64,000 bases of DNA. Source: an uncultured Enterobacterales bacterium (GTDB lineage: Bacteria > Myxococcota_A > UBA796 > UBA2385). The notes beneath the pieces were generated by a model. The model was not told where the DNA came from and ran no database searches. It worked only from the letters and a program-made list of their open reading frames with translations. Below, one piece after another: positions 17,295 to 27,685 of this stretch. Both the position numbers and the translations under genes were made by a program. How positions within the stretch are numbered: position 1 is the stretch's first letter; each line of letters begins with the position of its first letter. The stretch covers positions 32,468 to 96,467 of the forward strand of contig CAZCUX010000029.1 of NCBI GenBank assembly GCA_964502005.1. Direction: 5' to 3'.

Positions 17295-19193
17295 TTAGGG
17301 CGTAGTCGGGGGCCAAGGAAGCGTGGGAGCATCGGCCAATAGGTCATTGTCGTGGATTTTGATGAGGGCGCTTGTGAAGTGCCACACATTGTCCATCCAG
17401 ACCACCGAGTTGATCATATCGCTCTTGAAGCCGCCGATGACGCGCTCGCGGTGTTTGACGTAGTAGGTATTGTCCGGCGTGAACTGGATGCGCAGGAGGT
17501 AGGCAGTGGCGTGGCGCACAACCGTTGTATAGCGGCGGTAGCGCTCCATATCGCCATCCTTTCGGGCGACGATTGCGGCATCGGCCAACGATTCCAATGC
17601 GGCGGCGGTGACGCTGGTGTTGCCATAATAGCCGAGCTTCGGCGTCAGGATGCCATCGTAATCGTAGTAGACCATTCCATTGCGATTGTGCGCGTGAAGG
17701 CGTTCCACACGGTCGTTGATAGCATACACGAAGTCGCGGTAGCGGTTATCGCCGGTTTTGTGGTACATAAATGCGGCGGGCTGGGTGTACCACGCAGGTG
17801 CGAGGGGATGAAGACGCTCGTCGCCCAGGTCCATGAGCTGATAAATGGGGGTTTCATAAGCGTCGTAGATGCTTTGGAACCAGTTGAGGTAGGTAGGGTC
17901 TTCTAATTTGTCATAGTGGTATGCCAAACTAAGCATCAGGTGACCCGGCATAAAATATTGGGACTCGGCAAATTGGGTCCACATGATTTTGTCGTCCCGC
18001 TGGAACCCCATGACCCATTCCATCACCAAGCGGTCCTCTTGGAGCCATCGGTCGCGGTCGGCACGTTCCAGAATCGCGGCACCAAGGAAGCTTCCCGCCG
18101 TATACCGATTGGTGATGGTGTTGCCGTTCGGCAATGAAGCAGGCCAAGGCACGATGCGTCCTTGCTTTTTGGACTCCTCGATTTGGAAGTAGGTCTTGAG
18201 GTAATAGTCGATGGTTTCCGCGCCGTAGGCCTTGAGTTGGGCGTCGTCCAAGAACTCACCCAGGCGGTTGAGAATCCAAACGGCCATGAGGGAGCGCACC
18301 ATCGTGCGGTCTTTGTCTCTGTACTGCCCCGAAGACGGCGAATATTCGTAGACCACCTCGGAGCCAATGACGTTGTGGCTGTACCACGCGCCAATCAGGT
18401 CGAGACGCTCGCGGACGAGCGCCTTGGTGACCTCTTCTGGCTTGAGAATTGTGTGGCCGCGGTGGAAGTCGGCAAACGTGCCGTCGGAGACCCGCTCTCC
18501 AAAATGCGCGACCTTGTAGACCTCCAAGATGATGTCATTGGCATTGTCGAAGAGGTCAATCTTGGAGCCGAGCTGCTCGTTGATAGCGGAACGAAGGTTT
18601 TTGGGACCATGGTTGGCCTCGGATTGCAGCGCGGGGTCGTATTCGACACGCTTTCCGTTTCGTTCGACTGCGAGGCCATTGACCTGCGGCTCAAATACCT
18701 TGTATTCAAAGATGCCTTTTTCGCCAAAGTTGGGCAGGCGGGCGGTGTAAGTGACCACCATGAGGTGCAGTTGGTCGCCTGATGCGGCCTCTTTGCATAC
18801 TTCGGAGGCAGCGGTTTCTACCTGCGCGGTGAGAGACGCGCCTTTCGAATCCGCGCGATGATGGGCTTTTCGGCCACCGTTTTTGTCAAACAAAATCGCG
18901 ATGACGGGCGCTTCGGGATTGGCAAATGTCGCGGGCTTGGCGAGGGCCTGGGCGGCCGATACATCCCCATCACAGACTTCGCGACCATACGAAAGCAAGT
19001 AACGACGGCTTTCTTCGTCAATGGAAAGCTCGGGCGCCCGATGGGACTGGTAGGTGTTCTGCTTGGCCTGCGCCTCTGTGACCACAGCTTCGGGGCGCGC
19101 CCACCGCTCCGCGGGGGGCGTGGACGGCGAAGGCTGCGTGGTGGTGCAGGCCATCATAGCGATGGTGGGGGCAAGCCAGTGTGAGGCGCGCAT
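17295..19193 (-). CDS. Hypothetical secreted lipoprotein (632 aa)
   Basis: Signal/lipobox MMACTT. The ORF is long, clean and aromatic-rich, with locally lower GC than its neighbours. Confidence 0.6.
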   Translation of the reverse strand: MRASHWLAPTIAMMACTTTQPSPSTPPAERWARPEAVVTEAQAKQNTYQSHRAPELSIDEESRRYLLSYGREVCDGDVSAAQALAKPATFANPEAPVIAILFDKNGGRKAHHRADSKGASLTAQVETAASEVCKEAASGDQLHLMVVTYTARLPNFGEKGIFEYKVFEPQVNGLAVERNGKRVEYDPALQSEANHGPKNLRSAINEQLGSKIDLFDNANDIILEVYKVAHFGERVSDGTFADFHRGHTILKPEEVTKALVRERLDLIGAWYSHNVIGSEVVYEYSPSSGQYRDKDRTMVRSLMAVWILNRLGEFLDDAQLKAYGAETIDYYLKTYFQIEESKKQGRIVPWPASLPNGNTITNRYTAGSFLGAAILERADRDRWLQEDRLVMEWVMGFQRDDKIMWTQFAESQYFMPGHLMLSLAYHYDKLEDPTYLNWFQSIYDAYETPIYQLMDLGDERLHPLAPAWYTQPAAFMYHKTGDNRYRDFVYAINDRVERLHAHNRNGMVYYDYDGILTPKLGYYGNTSVTAAALESLADAAIVARKDGDMERYRRYTTVVRHATAYLLRIQFTPDNTYYVKHRERVIGGFKSDMINSVVWMDNVWHFTSALIKIHDNDLLADAPTLPWPPTTP

Positions 19194-19266
19194 CAGTTCG
19201 ACTCCATTTGCGCGCTCCTATTGCGTTTTTCGCCGTTCCGCCGCTACCGGTGGCTGCGGATTTCCG

Positions 19267-22200
19267 TCAGGAAACGCCGCGCAGGCGCCAAACCAGCGCA
19301 AACAAGGCGGGGACAACCACCAACGTCAATGCGGTGGCCACGGACAGGCCGCCGAGCACGATGGCCCCAACCCCCCGATAGAGTTCGGAGCCTGAGCCGG
19401 GAAAGAGCACCAGCGGGAGCAAACCAACAAGAGACGTAAGCGACGCCATAAAAATCGGACGCACACGGGCGGATACCGCTTCGGTGGTTGCGGTGGCCAG
19501 TGCGTCGCCTTCGCGCAGGCGGGCCAACGCGCCGTCGACAATCAGGATGGCGTTGTTGACGACGACGCCAATAAGAATAACAAACCCAAGAGCGGTCATC
19601 ATGTCAAGTGGCTGTGGGCCGAGGCCCCAGTCGACCAAACGGAGCCCCAGCACACCGCCTGCGCCCGCGAGAGGAATGGTCACGAGAATAACCAATGGTG
19701 CCAAAAAGTCCTCAAACAAGGCGGCCAGCAACAAAAACGAAATCAACGTGGCGAGGGCGAGCACTTCGAGCATTCGCTGCTGTGCATCTTCGAGCTTCCC
19801 CGCCGCGCCGGACAAGGACACCTCGATGCCGTCGGGCAATGTCATTTCGCCGAGCACTTCGCTTCGAATTCGGCCGAGAGCGGCTTCAATTGGCACGTCA
19901 TTGGGGGGCGAGACTTCGAGTGTGATGGCCCGGCGACGTTCGATGCGGCGAATGGTGGTGGGGGACAAGGTCTCGACGGCATCGGCCACGGATGCGAGGG
20001 GTACAATCGTGCCTTCGGGCGTGACCATCGGCATCGCAAGGAGCGAGTGGGGGTCCGTAGCGGCGGGCTCCGCCTGAACGACCACATCCAAGCGTGGCTC
20101 ACCCGAAGGCGCGAGGTCCCCGACGTAACGACCGTCGACGAACGCATCGACCGCTTCGCCAATGTCCGCGGCGTGAAGCCCCATCGTTGCGGCCACTTCC
20201 CGCTTGGGGCGCACCTGCAGCTCGGGGCCTCCGAGGTCGAGCGCGGGATTGGGCCGCACACTCGCCTCGGGCATCACTTCGTTGAGACGCCCCATGACGG
20301 TTTTCCCGGCGCCCACGAGGGTCGGAATATTGCCCCCGGACAGCTCCAGCTCAATCCCGCGTCCGCTGGACAAGGAACGGCCAAACAAGCTGGCTTGGCT
20401 ACCAAATCCCATCACGCCCGGCACGCTCCGCAACGCGCCATTGACGAGGTCCACCACAGGCCCAATCTCATCAGGATTGGCCGCGCCGGCACCCATAAAG
20501 CCACGTCCAGGCAAGGCCACAAAAAAGCTGCGATAAACAGCGGGAAACTTGGCCTCACCGGAAGCCAAATGCGGCAACATACGTTGCTGCACCCGCTTGC
20601 CAACGTCGTACATTTCTTCGACGCCATAACCGGTCGGTGGGACCACTACGGCAAACATAAAGTTGCGGTTTCCAGTAGGCAGGTATTCCATCGGGGGGAT
20701 GAGGGTCGCGCCAATGCCCAATGCGAGGGCCAATGCGGTACCGACTGCCACGAGGCTCGCGACGCGAGATGCGACGACCGAATGCACACGGGCCACCAAA
20801 CCGTCACGCAGGCGGGAAAAGCGTCCTGGGGTCGTGGTTGTGGTGGTTGGAGCGTGGCCAAGCCACCGTGCGGCCGCCGACGGAATCACGAGCACCGACA
20901 CGACCAACGACAACCCCACGGAAACCGAAATCGCCACCGCGACGTCGCGCAACAGCTCGCCGACTTCGTCCTGCCAAGCCACAATGGGCAAGAACACCGC
21001 CGCGGTGGTGGCAGTGGACGCAACGAGCGCGCCCCATACTTCGCGGGTGCCTTGGTAGGCGGCTTCGGCGGGCGACAAGCCCTTTCGTCGCCAGGTATCG
21101 ATGTTTTCGAGTACGACGATGGCATTGTCCACCACCATTCCCACCGCAAACGCCATCCCCGCAAGCGACACGACATTCAAGCTGCGACCCAAGAGGGTCA
21201 TGCCGAGCATCGTGCCGACCACACAGGTAGGAATCGCAGTCGCGATAATAGCAGACGCAGAGACACTGCGCAAGAACATAAGCAATACAACGACAGCGAG
21301 CACACCACCGACCAAAAGGTTGTTTTGCACCAATGTCAGTGCGCCGCGAATATATTCGCGTTGGTCGGAAACAACCGAGATATGTAGTCCCCGCGTTGCG
21401 AGGACTTCTGCGTCCAATCGCTCCGCTTCGGCGATGACCTCTTCGGTTACTTCCAACACATTCGAGCCGGATTCGCGGTCGAATAGCAGCGCCAGCGACT
21501 CCTTGCCGTCGTTGATGACGTAACGCTCCGCTTGCCGCAAGCCGATGCGTGCGGTGGCCACGTCGCCAACGCGCACCACCGAACCGTCCGTCTGCACGCG
21601 AACCACGAGCTGTTCAAGCTCCTCGGCTACGCTGGGCGCGACTTCGGTGCGCACCACAAATCGCTGCTTGCCGAGTTCAATGTCGCCGCCCGACACATCC
21701 GTGAGGCCGCGGCGAACCGCTGCAACCAGCTCGCCGACGGGAATGCCGCGGCTTGCGAGCGCGCGGCCGTCAAAGGCCACTTGTACTTCGCTGTCGCGGC
21801 CCCCGAACACACGCACCGAAGCTACGCCCGGAATTCGCTCAAAGCGCGGGATGACGTCCTCTAGCACCCAGGTTCGTGCCGCAATGGGCGTGCGACCATC
21901 GAGCCCCGTAATCGTGAGCACCGCCATGGGTGGCCCCGAGGTGTCCGCCGTCGCCAACACAGGTTCCCGCGCAGCTTCTGGATACTCGGGCACCTGCGCG
22001 AGCCGGTTCGAAACCCGCACCAGCGCCTCTTCCATTGGCGTGCCGACCTCGAACTCCAACGTCAACGTTGCCGCGCCATCGGTCGCCTCGCCTACCATTC
22101 GGTCGAGGCCGTCTACCGCCTTGAGCACCTCTTCTTGCTCGAGTAGAATCTCGTTCTCGACCTCGGACGGCGCCGCGCCGGGCCACGCCGTTGTCACCGT

Positions 22201-22329
22201 GATGGTCGGCACCGAAACGTCAGGCGTAAGCTGAACGGGGAGGTCCGAGATGCTCAGGATGCCAAACAGCATCACCAGCAGAATGCCGACCACCACACCA
22301 ACGGGGCGTTCGATGGAGAGACGAATCAT
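19267..22329 (-). CDS. RND-superfamily efflux transporter (AcrB/HAE1-like), orphan
   Basis: 1020 aa with the AcrB N-terminus MIRLSIERPVGVVVGILLVMLFGILSISDLPV and twelve TM helices plus two large periplasmic loops. No adjacent membrane-fusion or outer-membrane partner was seen. Confidence 0.9.
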   Translation of the reverse strand: MIRLSIERPVGVVVGILLVMLFGILSISDLPVQLTPDVSVPTITVTTAWPGAAPSEVENEILLEQEEVLKAVDGLDRMVGEATDGAATLTLEFEVGTPMEEALVRVSNRLAQVPEYPEAAREPVLATADTSGPPMAVLTITGLDGRTPIAARTWVLEDVIPRFERIPGVASVRVFGGRDSEVQVAFDGRALASRGIPVGELVAAVRRGLTDVSGGDIELGKQRFVVRTEVAPSVAEELEQLVVRVQTDGSVVRVGDVATARIGLRQAERYVINDGKESLALLFDRESGSNVLEVTEEVIAEAERLDAEVLATRGLHISVVSDQREYIRGALTLVQNNLLVGGVLAVVVLLMFLRSVSASAIIATAIPTCVVGTMLGMTLLGRSLNVVSLAGMAFAVGMVVDNAIVVLENIDTWRRKGLSPAEAAYQGTREVWGALVASTATTAAVFLPIVAWQDEVGELLRDVAVAISVSVGLSLVVSVLVIPSAAARWLGHAPTTTTTTPGRFSRLRDGLVARVHSVVASRVASLVAVGTALALALGIGATLIPPMEYLPTGNRNFMFAVVVPPTGYGVEEMYDVGKRVQQRMLPHLASGEAKFPAVYRSFFVALPGRGFMGAGAANPDEIGPVVDLVNGALRSVPGVMGFGSQASLFGRSLSSGRGIELELSGGNIPTLVGAGKTVMGRLNEVMPEASVRPNPALDLGGPELQVRPKREVAATMGLHAADIGEAVDAFVDGRYVGDLAPSGEPRLDVVVQAEPAATDPHSLLAMPMVTPEGTIVPLASVADAVETLSPTTIRRIERRRAITLEVSPPNDVPIEAALGRIRSEVLGEMTLPDGIEVSLSGAAGKLEDAQQRMLEVLALATLISFLLLAALFEDFLAPLVILVTIPLAGAGGVLGLRLVDWGLGPQPLDMMTALGFVILIGVVVNNAILIVDGALARLREGDALATATTEAVSARVRPIFMASLTSLVGLLPLVLFPGSGSELYRGVGAIVLGGLSVATALTLVVVPALFALVWRLRGVS

Positions 22330-22651
22330 TGCAGGCCCAAGACGAGAGGAAGCGAGGGCCTATCGCAATGGGTTCGGTCTGTTTGTGTGTTTTTTGGTGG
22401 ATGCAAGGGGTTGGGATTCCCGGGTCGGCCCAAGCGTCGCTTCCTTGACACCTCGGCTGTCGACTGCGCGCTTGTTCTCGTTTGTTCTGCGTACGGCAGC
22501 AGGCGTGCGAGCGGCAGAACCCGCGGGAGGAGCCGAGGCCCACCCAAGTGCCCGAAAAAAACATCCCCCATTGGTAACGCTCGGGGCCTCGCCCCCTTGA
22601 ACAAGGGTGTCGAGCCGCTCGGTCGACATCCTCGCACTGTCGGAGAGTCCG

Positions 22652-22963
22652 ATGTTCAAGTCCTTGTTGGTGGTTGTGTCGTTGTTTGCCGTCTCTTCTC
22701 CCGCGCTTGCAGGTGACACCCGAAGCGCTTCACTTAGCACCGTTATGGATGAAGAAATCTATTGTGATTGGATTGGTGATTCGGATGCAGACGCAGAGTA
22801 CGTCTGTACCGATATTTACGGAAACTCTGTCGCGCGCACGACCATCACCTGCGGCGACGGCACGGTGATTGTGCTCCTGGAAAATCCGTCGGGCAACGGC
22901 TGCAACTCCGCGCAGGGCATCAATGAATGCCGTGGTCATCGGGGTTGTGTGAGCTTGCAGTAG
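22652..22963 (+). CDS. Small secreted Cys-rich protein
   Basis: Signal peptide MFKSLLVVVSLFAVSSPALAG followed by about 80 aa containing 8 Cys. Divergent from the RND gene. Confidence 0.45.
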   Translation: MFKSLLVVVSLFAVSSPALAGDTRSASLSTVMDEEIYCDWIGDSDADAEYVCTDIYGNSVARTTITCGDGTVIVLLENPSGNGCNSAQGINECRGHRGCVSLQ

Positions 22964-23047
22964 TCGGCATGGGGTGCGCTGGCACCGGTTGGGGGGACGT
23001 GACGCGACGGGGCCACCGCGCTACCAGACCGCCACCGGAGGTGCGCG

Positions 23048-24196
23048 TTGGTTCGTTGGGCGATGTTGATGCTCGGTGGTATCGGTTGTGCCAGCAAGCC
23101 CGCGGACAGCGGGGATTCGCAGGCGCCTGCACCCCCTGTCTCCGATGACCCCAGCGCGCGGGGGCCGTATGCGGTGGGCGTCACGACGCTTCAAGTGACA
23201 GACCCCCGCGGAAAGCCTCTTACGATCGAGGTTTGGTATCCAGCCGAGGTGGCTGAAGGTGCCGAGCCAGCGACGTACCCGCCAACGACCATCGCCGGCA
23301 CGGCGGTGCGAAATGTGCCGCCGGACTTGCGGGGCGCGCCGTACCCTTTGTTGGGGTTTAGCCACGGTTTTTCGGGAATTCGCTTTCAGTCCGTCACGTT
23401 GATGGAGCACATTGCCAGCCATGGCTATGTGTTGGTTTCCCCGGACCACACCGACAATACATTTCTCGATATGGACATCGATGCCGTCCCCCGTGTCGTG
23501 ATGGAGCGCCCGGACGACGTGCGTTATAGTATCGACGCGCTCGTCGAAGAAGCAACAAGCGATAGTCCCTATTTGGGTGGCTTGGTTGATAGTGCCGACG
23601 AATGGAGTATTCTCGGTCATTCGTTTGGCGCGTATACTGCGCTTGTGTTGGGTGGTGGTGAGATTGACTTTTCTGGATTTGAGGAGTATTGTTCTCGCCA
23701 TTCCAATCTGGCGTGCAGTTTTGTGGGCAACTTGGACCCCGCAGAACTCGAAAACCATGGACAAGCGGACGACCGTGTGGGCCTGACCATTCCGTATGCG
23801 CCGGGTCTTTGGTATGCATTTGGAATTGACGGCGCGGGGCTCGCGTCGGTACGTCGACCGTTTTTGTTTGCGGGTACCAAAGACGATGTGTTGCCGTATG
23901 AGGACGAAGCGGTCTATACATACGAATACTTGTCGTCCCCAAAGAAGATGGCTACCTTTGAAAACGCGGGCCATTATCCGTTTAGCGACATATGTGTATT
24001 GCTCAACGACATTTGGGCTGAATGCGACCCATCATCGGGCGACTGGGCAGATGTGCCAACCGTGCAGGCCCACACCAACACGCTGACCACCGCCTATTTG
24101 GAGGTGGAGCTACGGGGCCGCACGGAGCTGTCGTCGTATTTGGCGCCGGAAATGTGGGAGCCCGTCGCGGGAGTCACCCTCGACGTTGCGGAGTAA
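23048..24196 (+). CDS. Secreted alpha/beta-hydrolase lipoprotein (lipase / PAF-acetylhydrolase-like)
   Basis: Lipobox LGGIGCAS, a nucleophile elbow GFSHGFSG, and downstream Asp/His residues. Locally lower GC. Confidence 0.65.
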   Translation: MVRWAMLMLGGIGCASKPADSGDSQAPAPPVSDDPSARGPYAVGVTTLQVTDPRGKPLTIEVWYPAEVAEGAEPATYPPTTIAGTAVRNVPPDLRGAPYPLLGFSHGFSGIRFQSVTLMEHIASHGYVLVSPDHTDNTFLDMDIDAVPRVVMERPDDVRYSIDALVEEATSDSPYLGGLVDSADEWSILGHSFGAYTALVLGGGEIDFSGFEEYCSRHSNLACSFVGNLDPAELENHGQADDRVGLTIPYAPGLWYAFGIDGAGLASVRRPFLFAGTKDDVLPYEDEAVYTYEYLSSPKKMATFENAGHYPFSDICVLLNDIWAECDPSSGDWADVPTVQAHTNTLTTAYLEVELRGRTELSSYLAPEMWEPVAGVTLDVAE

Positions 24197-24232
24197 AGCC
24201 TCGCTTATCCCCTCATCTTGTCGTGTTACGGT

Positions 24233-27160
24233 TTACCACGACACCGGGTATTCGGGGGTACGGCCAGGCTCGACCCGAATCGTCAGCCAGGACGACCACG
24301 CGGCGCCTTCTTTGCAGCGTTTGACGTCGATGGAGCCATCTGTCTCGGAAATCGAGCAAGCGAGACCTCCCGACAGCGAGAGCGCAGGGACACCGGCAAT
24401 CGGAATCGCACCTGTTCCCGTGCGCAAATCTGCGCCCAAAAACCAAAGCGGCGCGTCGACGGGCGTACATGCCGCACAGGTCGTGACATCGAGCAATTCG
24501 CCGTATACACCGATGGCTTCTTGCGCGAAGCGTGCTTGGCCGCGTGCGCGAATGGCATTGTCAAGTGAGCCCACGTCCGCGGGTAACGTTGGCCACCACG
24601 GCGTTCCCATAGAGCGGATTTCGGGTTGGAGACCAGAACGTATGGTGCCGGCGGTGAAGTCCTGGCCCGTCACCCATTCCCCTTCTGCCCCAAGCTGCCA
24701 TTCGGCTTGTCCGACGGAAAGGCTAGACAGCACGTTCAGAACGGACGAATCTTGAAAACGGCCGCTGGTGAGCAAGCGGCCAGACACGAATACCGTACCA
24801 GCCGGTATCATTTGTCCAACGCCGAACCGACCTGCCGCGCCCGGAAGCACGGCCTGCTCCGTGGTTTCAACAGTCGCACCGGCCAACGCTTCGAGTCCGC
24901 CGCCAAACCAGCGTCGGTGGTAGCGACCGGTCCAGGCGCCGCCAAATGCGGGCGTATCTAACGCGCGTCCCGCAGCGTCGATGGGCAGCCACCATGCGTC
25001 GATGGTGCTGTGAAGCGCAAACCGGCGCCACGTCCAAGCCGCGCGAGCGCCCAGCTGGTCGAAATAGCCGTCTACATCTGGGTTGTTTTCGATGCCGACG
25101 AGCGCAATCAACTCCGACCGACCCGCGAGGTCGCTGACCAGCAGGCCCAGCTGCAAATTTTTGGTGTCGGGAATACCGCGTGTGGTTGTTGCGCCGGACA
25201 ACGTTCGCACGCTCTGGGGGCCAAACCCGTAGGGCGTCGGCTTGGGCGCCGTTCCGGTGGGCAAGTCGGGTGCGTTGGTCACGGGAGGCGGCCGCACGAC
25301 GCCGCGGGTCCACGTGGGGTCGACGCTTGCACCTTCGGTCACCGGTGCAGCGTCGGCCGACAACGTGCGCAGGTCGAAGCCCCGTGCATCGGTTGACAAA
25401 AAGAAGACGGTGCCGTCGGGTGCTACTTCGGGGTCAAATGCGCCACCAGAACGGTGTGTTCGCCGAATCCACCCCTCATCATTGACCAGCGACAAGTCCC
25501 AAAGGTCGATAAAACCGCCCAGACCCAGCGCAGCGGTGACTATCGTGCCATCGTTGGAGAGGTCGAAGCTAAGGAGCTGTCCCGCAGTGGGCAATGCGAC
25601 ATTTTGCACGTCTGCAAGGCCGTTTTCGTTCCATGAACCGATAGCGATGCCCCACTCGCCTTCATGGCGCATCCACGCGACCTTGGAACAGGCGACGTCG
25701 GTGCGCGGGCTGGCCTCGACACGGGTAACGGATGGCTCTGTGAGCGCCTGCGTCTCCCCGTTTTCAAGATGGACGGCGACGAGCGCGGAGTAGCCGTGCT
25801 GCCGATGCACTGCGACGGCGCGGTCTCCGCACGGCTCTGCCTCCCGCAGATTTGCATTGCGGCTTACGCGTTTGGTGCGCTTGTTTTCTAAGTCATAGAG
25901 AAACAAATCGGGTTGTTGGGTGCCGTGGCTGTCGGAAACCCAAGCCGCAAACAGAATCGTGTGGTCGTCCACCCACCGAGGGTCGTGGGGAACGCGCAGG
26001 AGGTCGTGTCGGCGGGCATCTTCGGCGTGTGGCTCCGCGCGCGGCGCCATCGGTGCTACGACTTCGGGGTCATTTTCGAGCATCGTCTTGAGGGACTCAG
26101 CGCGCTTTTCTTGTGCCTCCGTGTCCTCTGCGATGGTGTAGACCACCAGTTCGGGGGGACCGTCTTCGGCGCGGGTGACAAGCGCCACGCGGGTGCCGTC
26201 GGGCGAAACTGCGGGACGGCCAACTTCGCCCGATAGGTCGAGAAACAGCGCCGAACGGTTGTCATCGACATCCAATGCAATAGCGCCCGCCGTCATCTCC
26301 GCAACAAATCGGCCGTATAAGGTTGCCGGGAGCTGCCCGAAGGTGGCCTCGAATGCTTCGTCAAAGGAGGCCATCTCTACGCCGGTCATGCGCGCCCAAA
26401 GTTCGGGCAAACGGGCGTCGCCGTAGGTTTCGGCCAGCCATTCAAGATAAGCCGAGCCGACAAGGTATCGCATAGACCGCGACCGCCATCGCTCCGACAT
26501 ATCCAACTCTAGGTATGTGGGAAGCTGCCCTTCGCGTGCGAGGGTCCGCAAAAACGTCGCCCGCCCGTCGCTGTTGGGACGTCCTTGGCCGGTGAGCACG
26601 CCCTCCACCAACGTTGCATAGCCTTCTGCAATCCAAGCCGGTGATTTGACAGCCATGGCGGAAACGCCGAGAACGTTGTCGTAAAGTATTTTTTCGACGA
26701 TATTGCGCGACGGGCGAATCAGGTGAACAACGTGCGCGTCTTCGTGAACCACGAGGTCTTCGGACCACAGCCGGTAGTTGCCAATGCCGGTGCTCGCGCC
26801 GGGTGCGGTCGGAAATACGCCGATACGCGGACGACGCACGAAGGGGAGCGCGAAGCCGTTGGCGTCGCTGAAGGGGTCGAGCACGACCATTTCCGTGCGC
26901 ACATCGGGGGTCCAGCCGACGATTTCAGCGACACGGTCGCGCATCTCATCGGCGCGTGCGGCGAGGTCGAGGGCCCAGGCTTCGGTGTCTACGGGGTAAT
27001 GTATGCGGTAGTACTTCGTTTCGACGGTTCGCCACGGCTCGTCGATAGTCCAGGCGTGGGCCGGCTGCGTGACGAGCATTGCACCGAGCAGAAGTCCCGC
27101 ACAGACGGCACTGCGAAGGGCGTGGGTTGCGAAACGGATGTCGCGGCTGCCAGGATACAT
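24233..27160 (-). CDS. Secreted multidomain protein with an N-terminal HExxH metallopeptidase-like domain and TolB-like (PD40) beta-propeller repeats
   Basis: Signal peptide AVCAGLLLGAMLVTQPAHA, zinc motif VVHEDAHVVHL, and repeated DxxGT/PD40-like segments (SPDGTRVA, APDGTVFF, DGTIVTA). Confidence 0.65.
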   Translation of the reverse strand: MYPGSRDIRFATHALRSAVCAGLLLGAMLVTQPAHAWTIDEPWRTVETKYYRIHYPVDTEAWALDLAARADEMRDRVAEIVGWTPDVRTEMVVLDPFSDANGFALPFVRRPRIGVFPTAPGASTGIGNYRLWSEDLVVHEDAHVVHLIRPSRNIVEKILYDNVLGVSAMAVKSPAWIAEGYATLVEGVLTGQGRPNSDGRATFLRTLAREGQLPTYLELDMSERWRSRSMRYLVGSAYLEWLAETYGDARLPELWARMTGVEMASFDEAFEATFGQLPATLYGRFVAEMTAGAIALDVDDNRSALFLDLSGEVGRPAVSPDGTRVALVTRAEDGPPELVVYTIAEDTEAQEKRAESLKTMLENDPEVVAPMAPRAEPHAEDARRHDLLRVPHDPRWVDDHTILFAAWVSDSHGTQQPDLFLYDLENKRTKRVSRNANLREAEPCGDRAVAVHRQHGYSALVAVHLENGETQALTEPSVTRVEASPRTDVACSKVAWMRHEGEWGIAIGSWNENGLADVQNVALPTAGQLLSFDLSNDGTIVTAALGLGGFIDLWDLSLVNDEGWIRRTHRSGGAFDPEVAPDGTVFFLSTDARGFDLRTLSADAAPVTEGASVDPTWTRGVVRPPPVTNAPDLPTGTAPKPTPYGFGPQSVRTLSGATTTRGIPDTKNLQLGLLVSDLAGRSELIALVGIENNPDVDGYFDQLGARAAWTWRRFALHSTIDAWWLPIDAAGRALDTPAFGGAWTGRYHRRWFGGGLEALAGATVETTEQAVLPGAAGRFGVGQMIPAGTVFVSGRLLTSGRFQDSSVLNVLSSLSVGQAEWQLGAEGEWVTGQDFTAGTIRSGLQPEIRSMGTPWWPTLPADVGSLDNAIRARGQARFAQEAIGVYGELLDVTTCAACTPVDAPLWFLGADLRTGTGAIPIAGVPALSLSGGLACSISETDGSIDVKRCKEGAAWSSWLTIRVEPGRTPEYPVSW

Positions 27161-27222
27161 CGTTCTCTCCAGATTTTCTGTTCTATCCCGCTCCAAATCC
27201 GGTGGGTTGAGGGTGTTGCGCT

Positions 27223-27642
27223 ATGAAGACAGTTGTGAGCCGATGTCGCTGCCACTCCCGAAAAAAAGCCCACCGTTGTTGTGGGCCATACCATGCAGGC
27301 CGTATGGCGGAATCGCCCGAAATATTGATGCGTTCGAGATTTTCGGCGTATGCACTCGGCCTTGTCGATTATATTCAGCGGACCACAGACCCCCAAGGGG
27401 ATGCGTGGGAGGCGGATACCGCAGCTTGGGCCGCGTCGATTCGACGATTTTCGGAGGGAACCCGTTTTGCCGGACTGGTCATCGATTCGGCACCGGCGCC
27501 TGTTGGCGACCACGGCGAGGTCGTGTTCACGGCGGTGCTCGTCCAAGGTGGAAAGGACGCCACGTTTGTGGAACGGAGTCGCTTTCGGAGGGACAACGTG
27601 GCCGGTTGGTTGTATGTCGATGGTGACCGCCTCAACGGATGA
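27223..27642 (+). CDS. ychJ: YchJ-family protein (UPF0225) with N-terminal SEC-C-type zinc motif
   Basis: CRCHSRKKAHRCCGPY (C-x-C-x8-CC) followed by PEILMRSRFSAYA, matching E. coli YchJ CPCGS..CC..PEHLMRSRY. Confidence 0.7.
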   Translation: MKTVVSRCRCHSRKKAHRCCGPYHAGRMAESPEILMRSRFSAYALGLVDYIQRTTDPQGDAWEADTAAWAASIRRFSEGTRFAGLVIDSAPAPVGDHGEVVFTAVLVQGGKDATFVERSRFRRDNVAGWLYVDGDRLNG

Positions 27643-27685
27643 ATGGGCGGGTGTTCGTGTGCGGGGTCGCCCATTTGCCCCGTAG

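Noticed and set aside
27261-27286. A7 run plus GCCCAC-N7-GTGGGC hairpin that looks like a minus-strand intrinsic terminator
   Set aside because: It encodes the conserved SEC-C zinc-finger motif (SRKKAHRCCGP) at the N-terminus of the YchJ-family protein, so the structure is a by-product of conserved coding sequence.
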